This document shows positions 38,190 to 50,215 of a stretch of 64,000 nt of DNA, one piece after another (the stretch's first letter is position 1; the number at the start of each line of letters is the position of its first letter). Both the position numbers and the translations under genes were made by a program. The notes below the pieces were generated by a model. The model was not told where the DNA came from. It worked only from the letters and a program-made list of their open reading frames with translations, and made no database searches. Source of the stretch: Octopus sinensis (Eukaryota); the NCBI RefSeq assembly GCF_006345805.1, contig NC_042998.1, forward strand, positions 2,356,001 through 2,420,000, written 5' to 3'.

Positions 38190-39520
38190 TAAAATCACAT
38201 GGTAAATATGATTACCTGTTAAGAAAGTTTTGCTCTGATCAAAATGAAGAATATGTAAAATTTCTTGTAATGCAGAAATCAGGTGGCTCATCAAATGGAA
38301 TTGTTTAGCAAGGTTTAGGGATGAAGATAGAGATAAAGAACACATAAAAGTAAGATATATTATCTAGCTTGAATATTTTAAAACTTAATGAGATATCACT
38401 TGAACTTCAAGGTAAATTCATTATATTGATTGAATGTAACAGTATGCTGAGAGCATTTACTGATTAATTGGAAATTTTTCAAGTAAATTTTCTTAAACAT
38501 TTCACAGAATAATGTCTGAATTGGCAGAAATTTGCTCTTCACTGAACAAATGGCTCTTGAAGTATATTCTGGACACTTATAATCAATGAGAACAAAATAT
38601 TTTCTGATTTGTTTTCACTTTGAAGTAAAACCACTCATGATAGACCCATTTAACTGTGATGTTGATTCAGCTAAAGATTAAATGAAGGAGAGTTTGTTGA
38701 ATTATGATGCAAAGATAACTCAAAATATATGTGTGATAAGTAGGGTAGGCTTAATTCAGGTCATTAATCATCATCATCATCATCATCATCGTTTAACGTC
38801 CGTTTTCCATGCTAGCATGGGTTGGACGGTTTGACCGGGGATCTGGGAAGCCAGAAGGCTGCACCAGGCTCCAGTCTGATCTGGCAGTGTTTCTACAGCT
38901 GGATGCCCTTCCTAACGCCAACCACTCCGCGAGTGTAGTGGGTGCTTTTTATGTGCCACTAGCACAGGTGCAAGGTGAGGCTGGCAACGGTCACAATCGG
39001 TTGGTGCTTTTTATGTGCTACCGGCATGGAAGCCAGTCAAGGTGGAGCTGGCATCGGCCACGTTCGGATGGCGCTTTTTACGTGGCACAGGGATCACAAC
39101 TACAATTTCCATTGATTTTTGATGTTGGTGTACTTGACTCAATAGGTCTCCTCAAGCACAGGGTCGAAACGGTGTTTCTTTATTTGCCACCTGCACAGGA
39201 GTCAGTCCAGCGGCACTGGCAACAGCCAGGTGCCAGTCATAAGATTTGGTTCAATGACTGAACCAAATCCTATGATTTGGTTCAGTCATACTAAGATTAA
39301 AGTGACCGACCAAAAAATGGCCAAAATAATTGTCTGCTTCCAACATCATATATTGTTGAAACTGAGTTTAGTTTGAGTGAATAGATAACTAAAACAAAGG
39401 AAGAAATATATTGTTTGTCTGTAAAAGGGGTGACAGAAGAAATAAGCTCAGTAACATCGAACAAAATATTGATATTTGGTAGCAAGGCATAAAGCTCACG
39501 AGTCTCATTAAATAAAACAG
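38190..39520 (+). mobile_element. hAT (Charlie/Buster-like) transposase remnant split by an RTE 3' end (38767-39240)
   Basis: EIRWLIKWNCLAR (EVRWLS.G..L.R motif), KLNEISLELQG, then after the insertion LPTSYIVETEFS...GDRRNKLSNIEQNI...ARHKAHESH* (C-terminal dimerisation region). Confidence 0.7.
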
Positions 39521-39600
39521 TAGGTTTGAATACTTTTATTTCACATTTTGTGTGGAGGGGGAAATTTGAAAATAGAATGAGCAAAAAAACTTCCAGAGTG

Positions 39601-40012
39601 TAGGTGCAGGAGTGGCTGTGTGGTAAGTAGCTTGCTACTAACCATATGGTTCTGGGTTCAGTCCCACTGTATGGCACCTTGAGCAAGTGTCTTCTACTAC
39701 AGTCTCAGGCTGACCAAAGCCTTGTGAGTGGATTTGGTAGACAGAAACTTGAAAGAAGCCCGTCGTATATATATATGTATATGTGTGTGTGTTTGTGTGT
39801 CCGTGTTTGTCCCCCCAACATCGCTTGACAACCAATGCTGGTGTGTTTATGTCACCATAACTTAGTGGTTCAGCAAAAGAGACCGATAGAATAAGTACTA
39901 GGCTTCCAAAGAAATAAGTCCTGGGGGTCGATTTGCTTGACTAAAGGTGGTGCTCCAGCATGGCCACAGTCAAATGACTGAAACAAGTAAAAGAGTAAAA
40001 GAGTAAAAGAGT
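39601..40012 (+). mobile_element. SINE family A
   Basis: Full head to (AAAAGAGT)n tail. Confidence 0.9.
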
Positions 40013-40790
40013 GTGGTGGTTAAAAAAATATAGGTTGTAAACCATTGCTGCAAAGTAAATATCTAAATATTTGAAATGTGTGATTCTTAATAAGATTATA
40101 CTTTTTAAAATGATTGACTTCATTTTGAGTTAAATTTTTGAAAAATATTTACTTCTACATGATATTTCAATCAGTTTGAGCTCTGATCATCTTTGGTTAT
40201 CATACTCTTGGATTTGTACATCGTTCCAGACTGGATTCACACTAGGATTCTTTATTTCTCAAAATGTTGGAACTGATAAGAATGTTATTACCATTATCTT
40301 AGAAATAAATGTTCCAAGTTTTAAATCCAGTCTTGGACAGTGTACACAAACAGAAGTATGGCACCTGATGATACTGGAAATCAAACTGATCAAAATATAG
40401 TATAAATGGGAATATTGAAAAAAGCTTAATTCCTAATTCCGTCATAAAAATTATTATCTTAATGTAATAGCAAACTCCTGGTAAACTGAATTAAAAAAAG
40501 GCAAGGTACGAAGGCTTACAATTTCTTCTCTTGCTCAACATACATTCTCATACTTGCGACTGGTTTTCAGCATAAACAGCCTTCAGAAAATAACCTTTGC
40601 AATGTCAATATGGAAATAAATATGACTCATTAAAACTGAATATTTTTGGTTAATTTTATGTGGGAAACGACACACAGCCTGAACAAATTTCTTATTCATA
40701 TCTGAACAACCCGCACTGTTTAACGTAGTTAATTTTTGTCATTGTAAAAGCGCTGGTTGGTTCATTGAATATTCTTGACAGTTAGTTTAA

Positions 40791-42250
40791 CGCTTTCATT
40801 ACTAACTTATGAGACCAAACCGGCCGTAGCCGGCCAAGAGCACCCATTGTTATTTAAATGCAAATTAGAACCCAAATCTTGTTAGAACATTCGTTAAAAC
40901 ACGTGATTTCACTTTGCAAACAGCTGAGTTATTGGAACCGACATTGTTTGGCGTAATATTTGAATTCAGTGAATTCCGGAAGATTTTTCTGTACGTTTTT
41001 CTCGGCGTTAATTTTTTTCAACTTTGAAAATGGAGAACGGTGATTCCGAGTTTCAATGGAAGATATGGTGTTATCGAGGAAAAGAATGATTGAGGTGCAA
41101 AAGCACGTTGTGGACGAAAATAAATCGGATATTTCTGTATCCAAAACCGAAGGCAGCGATTCTGAAGAAACTGAAAGTAGTGACATTGACAGCGAGGATG
41201 ATTTTACACTAGAATGGAGTAAAAAGTAAAAAAAAGTTTCTATTAACAATTTTTCTGAGGAGACAGGGTCTACCCAAAGTCTTTCTCAGGAAGCGAAACC
41301 ATTACTCTTTACTCTCTTTACTCTTTTACTTGTTTCAGTCATTTGACTGCGGCCATGCTGGAGCACCGCCTTTAGTCGAGAAAATTGTCCCCAGGACTTA
41401 TTCTTTGTAAGCCCAGTACTTATTCTATCGGTCTCTTTTGCCGAACCGCTAAGTGACGGGGACGTAAACACACCAGCATCGGTTGTCAAGCAATGCTAGG
41501 GGGACAAACACATATACACACACATATATATATATATATACATATATACGACAGGCTTCTTTCAGTTTCTGTCTACCAAATCCACTCACAAGGCATTGGT
41601 CGGCCCGGGGCTATAGCAGAAGACACTGGCCCAAGATGCCACGCAGTGGGACTGAACCCGGAACCATGTGGTTGGTTAGCAAGCTACTTACCACACAGCC
41701 ACTCCTGCGCCTAGACTTTTTCTTTTTATTTTTTCCAGCATGTTTGTTTGAAGCAATTACTGCAGAAACAAACCGTTACACAGAATGTAAATAAGCTGGG
41801 AAAAAAGATAGCTTGTGGTTTCCAACAACCGTAGATGAAATACAGGCATTTTTTGTCCTAGATATTATTATGGGTATTAGACAGTTACCCAGAATTACAA
41901 ATTACTGGAGCAATCAGGAACCTTTTGGCGATCAGTATGTTTCCAGTATTATGACCTGAATACGATTTGTGAAACTGAGCCAGTGAGAGACACTAGCAGT
42001 ACCCCCGTACGTGGAGAACCAAACTTTGATCCCTTATTTAAAATAAGACCCCTCATCGGCTGCATTCAAAATGCATATAAAATATTTTACAACCCTGGGA
42101 GATACTTATCCGTCGATGAGGGCATGGTGGGGTATAGAGGAAGGGTACGCTTCCGACAGTATATGCCAGGAAAGCCCACAAAATGGGGATCAAAGTTTGG
42201 AAAATTTGTGAAGCAAATACTGGGTACTGCTGTGGATTCACAACAGAAAT
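40791..42250 (+). mobile_element. piggyBac transposon 5' half (defective transposase), interrupted by a SINE (41303-41711)
   Basis: TTAA|CGCTTTCATTACT left end. Acidic N-terminus, PLDFFFLFF, ETNRY, TTVDEIQAFF, YWS, FKIRPLI...[41 protein letters not shown]. Confidence 0.9.
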
Positions 42251-42279
42251 GTCATTGTATTTATCTGTGATTTATCTGC

Positions 42280-42500
<221 letters not shown>

Positions 42501-43097
42501 TGCATTGTATTTTCATTTGAAATGTAAAAAAGAGCTCTTTGTAGTAAATATTTCTTTAGCAGTTTAATATTTCCCAACCTTGTTTCACACATATCTTTCA
42601 AGTTGTTTCCTTCTCTCACACTTATTTCTCTTTTTTCTTTTCACACTATCAAGGACACAATTTGAATAACTAAAAAGAATATATAAAAAAATCCCAGAAG
42701 AATCTAACACTTTATATTCCAGACTATTGTTTCCTCTTTATTCTGGAAGAGAGTCAGTTACCTATGAACACACGGCAGTAAAAATATTTATGAAATGTTT
42801 TTCTATAGAAATACTAATAGTTGGAACATTTTGTATTTCATAACAAGCATGCTTGTCAAATAATCTCTGAATATAACCAGGGAATTTATTGAAAGAGAAT
42901 TACAATATATTCTATTCTGGTTGTGGTTAATATTAACTTTACCTCAAGGTCACAAGTGTATAGAGAGAGAGGATATAGTTAATTGAATCAACCATATTTT
43001 ATCTTTCTTGTTGAGATTCAAGCTTACTTCAAGAGATGTTACTGAAATATCTTTTAATTTCTCCTTATTGTCATTTGCACTGGTCTAGTGAGGTTTA

Positions 43098-43878
43098 AGA
43101 CTGGCAACTGAAACTGGCTGTGGACAAGTGTACCACCATGCATTTTGGGAGAAAAAACCCTGCGTCCACATACTCCCTCCACAACACTGATATCAAGAAA
43201 TCCTCTTGCGAGCGTGACCTAGGCATCACTGTCAGCAGTGATTTGCGTTGGACAAAGCATATCTCTAAAATTGTCAAGAAGGCCGAGGGTGTCTTGGCAT
43301 CACTCAGCAAGACTTTTGTTAGCCGCTCTCCAGCCATCTATTTAAAACTGTATACAGCTATGGTACGACCACACTTGGAATTCGCATCATCAGTTTGGAA
43401 CCCCTATCTTGCTCAGAACATTGACCTCCTGGAATCTGTTCAGAGACGTGCAACCAAACGCATACCCTCCATCAGACACCTACCATATTCTGAGCGCCTT
43501 GTTTCCCTGGGCATGGATTCACTGAAGCTCCGGCGTCTGGCGACGGACTTGGTAAATGCCCACAAAGTTGTCAACCACCTCACCAATAACAACACTGAAC
43601 ACCTTTTTGATCTCCATGTGTCTAACACACGTGGACATGCCTACAAAGTTAGAAAACAACACAGCTCCCATGACTTTCGGAAACATTTCTTCACACTCAG
43701 AGTTGCTGAAGCATGGAATAACTGCCTGCGTCAGTTGTTGACTGCCATGACACTGCATCCTTAAGGCCCTCATGCTTTCCGAAATCCGTCGAAACTACAC
43801 CTGATTATATATGCACTTTAGATGAGTTGTAGTGCACCTGAGCACTGTACACAATGTTTATTATTATTATTATTATTT
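43098..43878 (+). mobile_element. 5'-truncated CR1-clade LINE (RT C-terminus, (TTA)n tail)
   Basis: WQLKLAVDKC..MHFG...ERDLGI...LYTAMVRPHLEFASSVWNP...LESVQRRATK...TRGHAYK...FFTLRVAEAWN. Confidence 0.92.
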
Positions 43879-44389
43879 AAAAAGTGGGAAAAGTTTTAGT
43901 GTGGTGGGCAAAATTTTCCAAAGAAAAAGGTCTACAGGCAGGTCACAAGTTCTAACTCTTATAGCTGTGTAAATCTTGTATATATCTATGAATAATTCGA
44001 TTTCAGCGGTGGTGCCCCAGCATGGCCACGGCCTTCGGGCTAAAACATTTTTAAGGATTTATACATTAATAAAGATAAGTTTAACACATTAAATTAATGC
44101 ATAACGTCTTCATAAACACCATCACTGAATTTAGAAAGTTTATATTACTTATGATGTATTCTATAGTTTTCAGCCAGAGTGTAGTTGAGTCTCAAGGGGG
44201 GGGGAACAGACACAGCAATATGTGTTTTATAGTGATAACAAAATTTCCATTCAAATGGCAATTGCCGGACGATTTCTGTTCAAGTCTGACTGTTTCAAGT
44301 TGTCGTGGAAACACGACCTATGCTGCAAATAGACATATGAATATTGTATAAATTTTATAATTGAAAAATTTTCTTTATTTTATAAACAT

Positions 44390-44793
44390 AGGCGCAGGAG
44401 TGGCTGTGTGGTAAGTAGCTTGCTTACCAACCACATGGTTCCGGGTTCAGTCCCACTGTGTGGCACCTTAGGCAAGTATCTTCTACTATAGCCTTGGTCC
44501 GACCAATGCCTTGCGAGTGGATTTGGTAGACGGAAACTGAAAGAAGCCTGTCGTATATATGTATATATATATGTGTGTGTTTGTATATCTGTATTTGTCC
44601 CCCCCCCCAACATCACTTGACAACCGATGCTGGTATGTTTACGTCCCCGTAACTTAGCAGTTTGGCAAAAGAGACTGATAGAATAAGTACTAGGCTTACA
44701 AAGAATAAGTCCTGGGGTCGATTTGCTTAACTAAAGGTGGTGCTCCAGCATGGCCGCAGTCAGATGACTGAAACAAGTAAAAGAGAGTAAGAG
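44390..44793 (+). mobile_element. SINE family A
   Basis: Full-length match. Confidence 0.9.
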
Positions 44794-45117
44794 TATATCA
44801 GTTTGTGGATGCAGTATAATTGGCTCACTGGCGCAATTGTGCCTCTGGGCTGGGTTTTCCCCACCTCTGCTATTGACCAAATTAGGAAAAAAACAAACAA
44901 AACAAGAAGCTATTAATAGACACAAGCATGGTTGTGTGCTTAAGAAGCTAGTTTTGCAGGGTTTTAGGTTCAGTCCCACTGCACAGCGCTTTGACCCAAT
45001 ATCTTATATATTATACTGGGCCTACCAATGCCTTGTAAGTGCATTTGGTAGATGGAAACTATGTCAAAGGTCATCTCATATACATATATGTGTGTGTGTG
45101 TGTGTGTGTAATATATG

Positions 45118-45161
<44 letters not shown>

Positions 45162-45163
<2 letters not shown>

Positions 45164-46502
45164 AGGGTCAGACAAAATAAAGGAAACACCTAGCATCATA
45201 GAATCATAATTTTGAAATATCTATAAAACCGTCAAAAGCTTGTTTATTTTTGTTTTTTGATTTATTATTAGTGTTAGACGATTGCGCTGGTATGGTCATG
45301 TGGTGAGAATGGATGAAGATAGGTGTGTGAAAAAGTGCCACACCCTGGCAGTTGAGGGGACCTGTGGAAGAGGTAGACCCAGGAAAACCTGGGTCGAGGT
45401 GGTGAAGCACGACCTTCGAACTCTAGGTCTCACCAAGGAATGACCAGAGACCGAGACCTATGGAAGTATGCTGTGCTGAGGGGACCGGGCTGAAAGAACG
45501 CAAACCAGTGGAACAATCAAAATCAAATCATTATCAGAAAGCAGGGGTTAAGTGACCCATCCGTTCGTGTCCCTGTCAGCCTCGTGGCACCCGTGCCGGT
45601 GATACGTAAAAGCACCATTCGCGTCGTGGCTGTTTGCCAGCTCTGCCTGGCCCCGTGTCCGGTGGGGCACATAAAAGCACCATCCGTTCGTGTTCGTTGC
45701 CAGCCTCGCCTGGCCCCGTGCCGGTGACATGTAAAAAGCACCGTCCGTTCGTGGCCGTTTGCCAGCTCTGTCTGGCCCCGTGTCGGTGGCACGTAAAAGC
45801 ACCATCCGTTTGTGTCCACTGCCAGCCTCGCCTGGCCCCGTGCCGTGACACGTAAAAGCACCATCCGTTCATGGCCGTTCGCCAGCTCTGTCTGGCACCT
45901 GTGCAGGTGGCACGTAAAAAACACCCACTACACTCGCGGAGTGGTAAGGGCATCCAGCCGTAGAAACACTGCCAGATCTGACTGGGCCTGACGAAGCCTT
46001 CCAGCTTCACAGACCCCAGTTGACCCGTCCAACCCATGCTAGCATGGAAAGCTGACGCTAAATGATGATGATGATGATGATGATGTTGCGTAATAAGTTT
46101 GCTAAAATTGCTTTTCTTTTCAGATATCATCAGAAAAAGGTAATTAAAATTCATTAAAATGACAGATCTATTGAACTTTCAAGGAGGTCAAATTCTTGGT
46201 GCTTGTATGGCAGGTGCTTGTATGGCAGGTGCTTGTATGGCAGGTGCTAGCGTAATGAAAACAGCCGAAATGTTTGGTGTATCAAGAAGTACTGTCTCAT
46301 AAGTAATGACAGTCTTTGAGAAAGAGGGAAAAACCTCCTCATCAAAACAAAACAAGTAAGGAGTTGATAGCTCTCCACCATCATCACTACAGGAACTGGA
46401 GATTGTCTTAGCTGAAAAATGGACAACAATTCCTTTGGAAACAATTCAAACTTTGTACTAGTCCATACCTAGTAGAATTCAAGCTGTAATTACTGCCAAA
46501 GC
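45162..46502 (+). mobile_element. Internally deleted Tc1-like transposon carrying an RTE insertion
   Basis: TA|CAAGGGTCAGACAAAATAAAGGAAACACC end. From ATG 46159: MTDLLNFQGGQILG...AEMFGVSRSTVS*VMTVFEKEGKT, fused to PPSSLQELEIVL...SIPSRIQAVITAK. Confidence 0.8.
45276..46085 (+). mobile_element. RTE 3' end with ~6 tandem ~60-bp units and (ATG)n tail
   Basis: RLRWYGHVVRMDEDRCVKKCHTLAVEGTCGRGRPRKTW, same family as 3246-4936. Confidence 0.9.
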
Positions 46503-47687
46503 AGTTGGAATAACTGTCTAAGAGATAAGAATATCTATTTTACTACCGGTATAAATTACTTATGTTAAACCCTGGGCATACATATGCAAGCGTATTATGC
46601 TCGTAGGATACAGGTAATAACAAAAATAAACAAGAGTTTATGAGGAATCAAATTTAAATTAAGCAGAAAATGGAGAAATTTCTCAATTTTCTGCTTGATT
46701 TACACACACACATATATATGTGTGTGAGAGTGTGTGTGTAAAAGGGTACAGACACCCTTCGGTCGTGAATGTCCATGGGATTGCACCTAGAAAGTTACTC
46801 TCTGAGGCACAAGTCTGGGCAAGGTTGTTTATGGAAGACCAGTAGTTGTCCATGCATACTGGCCTCCCCTCTCTATACCATTGATGTTATCCAAAGGAGA
46901 GGCAAAGGGGATGATACAGCTGGCACCAGTGATGCTGCAACTCATTTCTACAGCTGAGTGAATTGGAGCAATGTGAAATTGAAGTGTCTTACTTATGAAT
47001 ACAACACACAGTCTGATCCAGGAATCGAACTCACTACCTCATGATTGTGAGCCTGACGCTGTAGCCACTGAACCATGTACTTTCACACACACACACTTAT
47101 ACGTATACATGTGTGTGTATTTGTTTATGCATGTGTGTTTGCATATATATGTGTATTTGTGTCTGTGTTTGTCCCCACTCAGAGCTTGACAACCAGTGTA
47201 GTAGGTTTAATTACACTCCCATTACTTGGCAGTTTAGCAAAAGAGACCATAGGATAAATATTTGTTCAAGTAAGACCCCTCAAGGTGGAACCCCAACGTG
47301 ACTGCTCAACCAATAACTAAAACAAATAAAAGATATAAGAAAAAAAAACCTCAGAAAATACTAGCTACAGAATGCATTATTCAATTGTAAATATTCTTTT
47401 CTACTCTAGGCAGAAGGCCCGAAATTTTTGGGGAGGTGGGGGCCAGTCAATTAGATTGACCCTAGTATGCAACTGGTACTTAATTTATCGACCCCGAAAG
47501 GATGAAAGCAACTCCTTTCAATTGTAAATATTGTAGCATTAGTGAAATCAGCAAATGACTTTTTTGTGATGGAAACATTAAATTTACAATTCAAAAAACT
47601 CTTTTTTTTTTTTTTTTACTTGTTTCAGTCACTGGAACTGGGACCTTGTAGGGACACTGCCTAGAAGGGTTTAGTCAAACTCAACAC

Positions 47688-48085
47688 TACTCCTTTACTT
47701 GTTTCAGTCATTTGACTGAAGCCATGCTGGAGCACTACCTTTAGTCGAGCAAATCGACCCCAGGACTTATTCTTTGTAAGCCTAGTACTTATTCTATTGG
47801 TCTCTTTTGCTGAACTGCTAAGTTACGGGGACATAAACACATCAGCATTGGTTGTCAAGTGATGTTGGGGGGGACAAACACAGAAACATATACACACACA
47901 CATACATATATATATATTTCATCTTTCTGGTGTTCTCCCTGGAGGTAAGACAATTTTTTCTAGTTTGTTGCTCACACGCATTTTTGCTAGTACATACGCG
48001 GTGAAGCTATACATTAGCGTTGTATTATTACGTTCGCTATTTCCAGTAAATATCGGTACTTCGTTGTGCCATATATTTACTTCTT

Positions 48086-48130
<45 letters not shown>

Positions 48131-48290
48131 GCTTCTTTTAGTTTCCGTCTACCAAATCCACTCACAAGGCTTTGGTCAGCCCGAGGCTATAGTAGAACAC
48201 ACTTGCCCAAGGTGCCATGCAGTGGGACTGAACCCGGAACCATGTGGTTGGTAAGTAAGCTACTTACCACACAGCCACTATGCCTATACC
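47688..48290 (-). mobile_element. SINE family A interrupted at its (TA)n tract by a ~170-bp insert (47918-48087)
   Basis: Tail at 47688-47915 and head at 48129-48290 flank non-SINE sequence. Confidence 0.85.
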
Positions 48291-48806
48291 ACTACTTACT
48301 TTTCTAAGTCAATATTCCTATATCTTAGCAGTTTGGCAAAAAGTGATTGATAGATAAGTACCAAACTTAGAAATAAGTAGTGGGGCTCAATTTGTTTGAC
48401 TAAATCCTTGAATGACTGAAATAAGTAAAAGAAAAATGGTATTTTACAAAACCTCTCCAAATTTCAGTTAAGGTTAAAATTAATTGAAACACATAAGAAG
48501 TCTGTTTATTAGAAATGTAATCACAAAAGGGTCGGTACTTGAGTTTCTGGAGTTGTATGGAAGACAACTCACACGTATTAGTGATTTGCTCATGCCTGCC
48601 TGGCTGCTTGTCTTCTGTCTGGTACCTATTCTATTTATTGCTTTTACTAAAACACAAAGTCAGAGATGTAGACAAATTAACACAATTTGTAAAGTGGGGG
48701 CAGACAAACACAGTCACAGACACATAACTGATGAGGGAAGCAGAAAATGTATTTGGTACAAATCTTTATTCGACACAGCTCAACCCATCGTTTCGACCCA
48801 TCCAAA

Positions 48807-48850
<44 letters not shown>

Positions 48851-49401
48851 TATACATATACACACACATACATATATGATAGCTTCTATGCAGTTTCCAC
48901 CTACCAAAATTCACTCACAAAGGTATTGGTCTGTCCAGGGCTATAGTAAACGACACTTGCCCACGGTGTGGTGCAGTGGACTTGAACCCCAAACTAAAGG
49001 TTACAAAGCAAGCTTCTTAGCCCCACATCCATCCCTGCACCATCCCTATATTTACTTTTTTTGCTTTTAATAACATTAGCAACAATTATTTTTTTTTTTA
49101 ATTGTAGATAAAATGAAAATACAATTAAAAATTGGTTTGCAGTTGTGTGTAGAAAGCAGCAAACAGAACATGTTTTACAATGCTAAATGCCAACAATGGT
49201 CTACAAGAAGGAAAAAAAGAAAAATATATATTTATAATTGTGAATCATGGAAAGTATTATTAAAAGCAATTCAATTAAAATCTTCTATAATTAGGGATAA
49301 TTACTTTTTAAAAATAATTCTAGAAATAATAACAGCAATGGTAAATAGAAAAGACTGAAACAACAAACTACAATTGTGGCACATATATATATATATATAC
49401 A

Positions 49402-49455
<54 letters not shown>

Positions 49456-49608
49456 GTGTGCATGTGTGTATATATATATAAATATGTATATATATATGTA
49501 TATAATATACATATATATTTATATATATACATATATATATAATATATATATATATACATATATAATATACATATATATTTATATATGTATACATATATAT
49601 AAGATATA

Positions 49609-49643
<35 letters not shown>

Positions 49644-49713
49644 ATACATACACACACACACAAATGTGTGTGTATTCAAAAGCAAATTAAAAGCATCACT
49701 AATGTTGTAAAAA

Positions 49714-49974
49714 TTATTGACTGTGCATAGTTAATGTCTGTGCGTCTTTGTTCGCTGGTGAGCTGCAGCACAATGCCTGGCGAACAATGCCCTTATTACA
49801 CTGAGTGTTAAAACACCTGAAGCCATAGACAGGCGAAAAAACTCATTGTCTTACCTGTTGATGACTTCAGGTGTTTTAATGCCCTGCATAATGAGGAAGT
49901 CATCTCTCAGGCACGGTATTGCAACAAACCAGTGAACAAACAAAACACAGACACTGAATATGTGTAGTCGATAA
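49714..49974. other. Long imperfect foldback (arms ~120 bp, 20-nt loop): candidate dsRNA structure
   Basis: 49747-49833 pairs with 49854-49940 without a gap (60/87 Watson-Crick). After a 1-nt offset the pairing continues to 49714/49974. Confidence 0.85.
49855..49953 (-). other. Candidate 99-nt exon in the right arm of the foldback
   Basis: Minus strand TTCAG|TGTCTG ... CAACAG|GTAAGA. Weak polypyrimidine tract, no recognisable protein. Confidence 0.2.
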
Positions 49975-50215
49975 AATACACACACACACACACATATTTT
50001 CCATGCTGGTGGGATGTAAAAAGCACCCAGCACACTTTTAAGTGGTTGGCATTGGGAAGGGCATCCCGCTGTAGAAACCATGCCACAACAGACAGTTGGA
50101 GTCTGGGAAGTTCACAGCTGGCCAACTCCATGTCAAATCAACCAACCAACCCACCCATGCCAGCATGGAAAGCAAATATTAAATGATGATGACAATGATA
50201 CATGCATCTATATCT

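Noticed and set aside
41493-41714. Recurrent ORFs of the type YDRLLSVSVYQIHSQGIGRP... at many loci
   Set aside because: Antisense translation of family-A SINE copies, not a gene family.
45560-45930. CRISPR-like array of ~60-bp repeats with variable segments
   Set aside because: Units are degenerate copies of each other inside an RTE 3' UTR, with no unique spacers and no cas genes in a eukaryotic context.
48729-48790. Functional hammerhead ribozyme (CTGATGA...GAAA)
   Set aside because: Stems I-III cannot be formed convincingly. Kept only as a low-interest PLE-terminus hypothesis.
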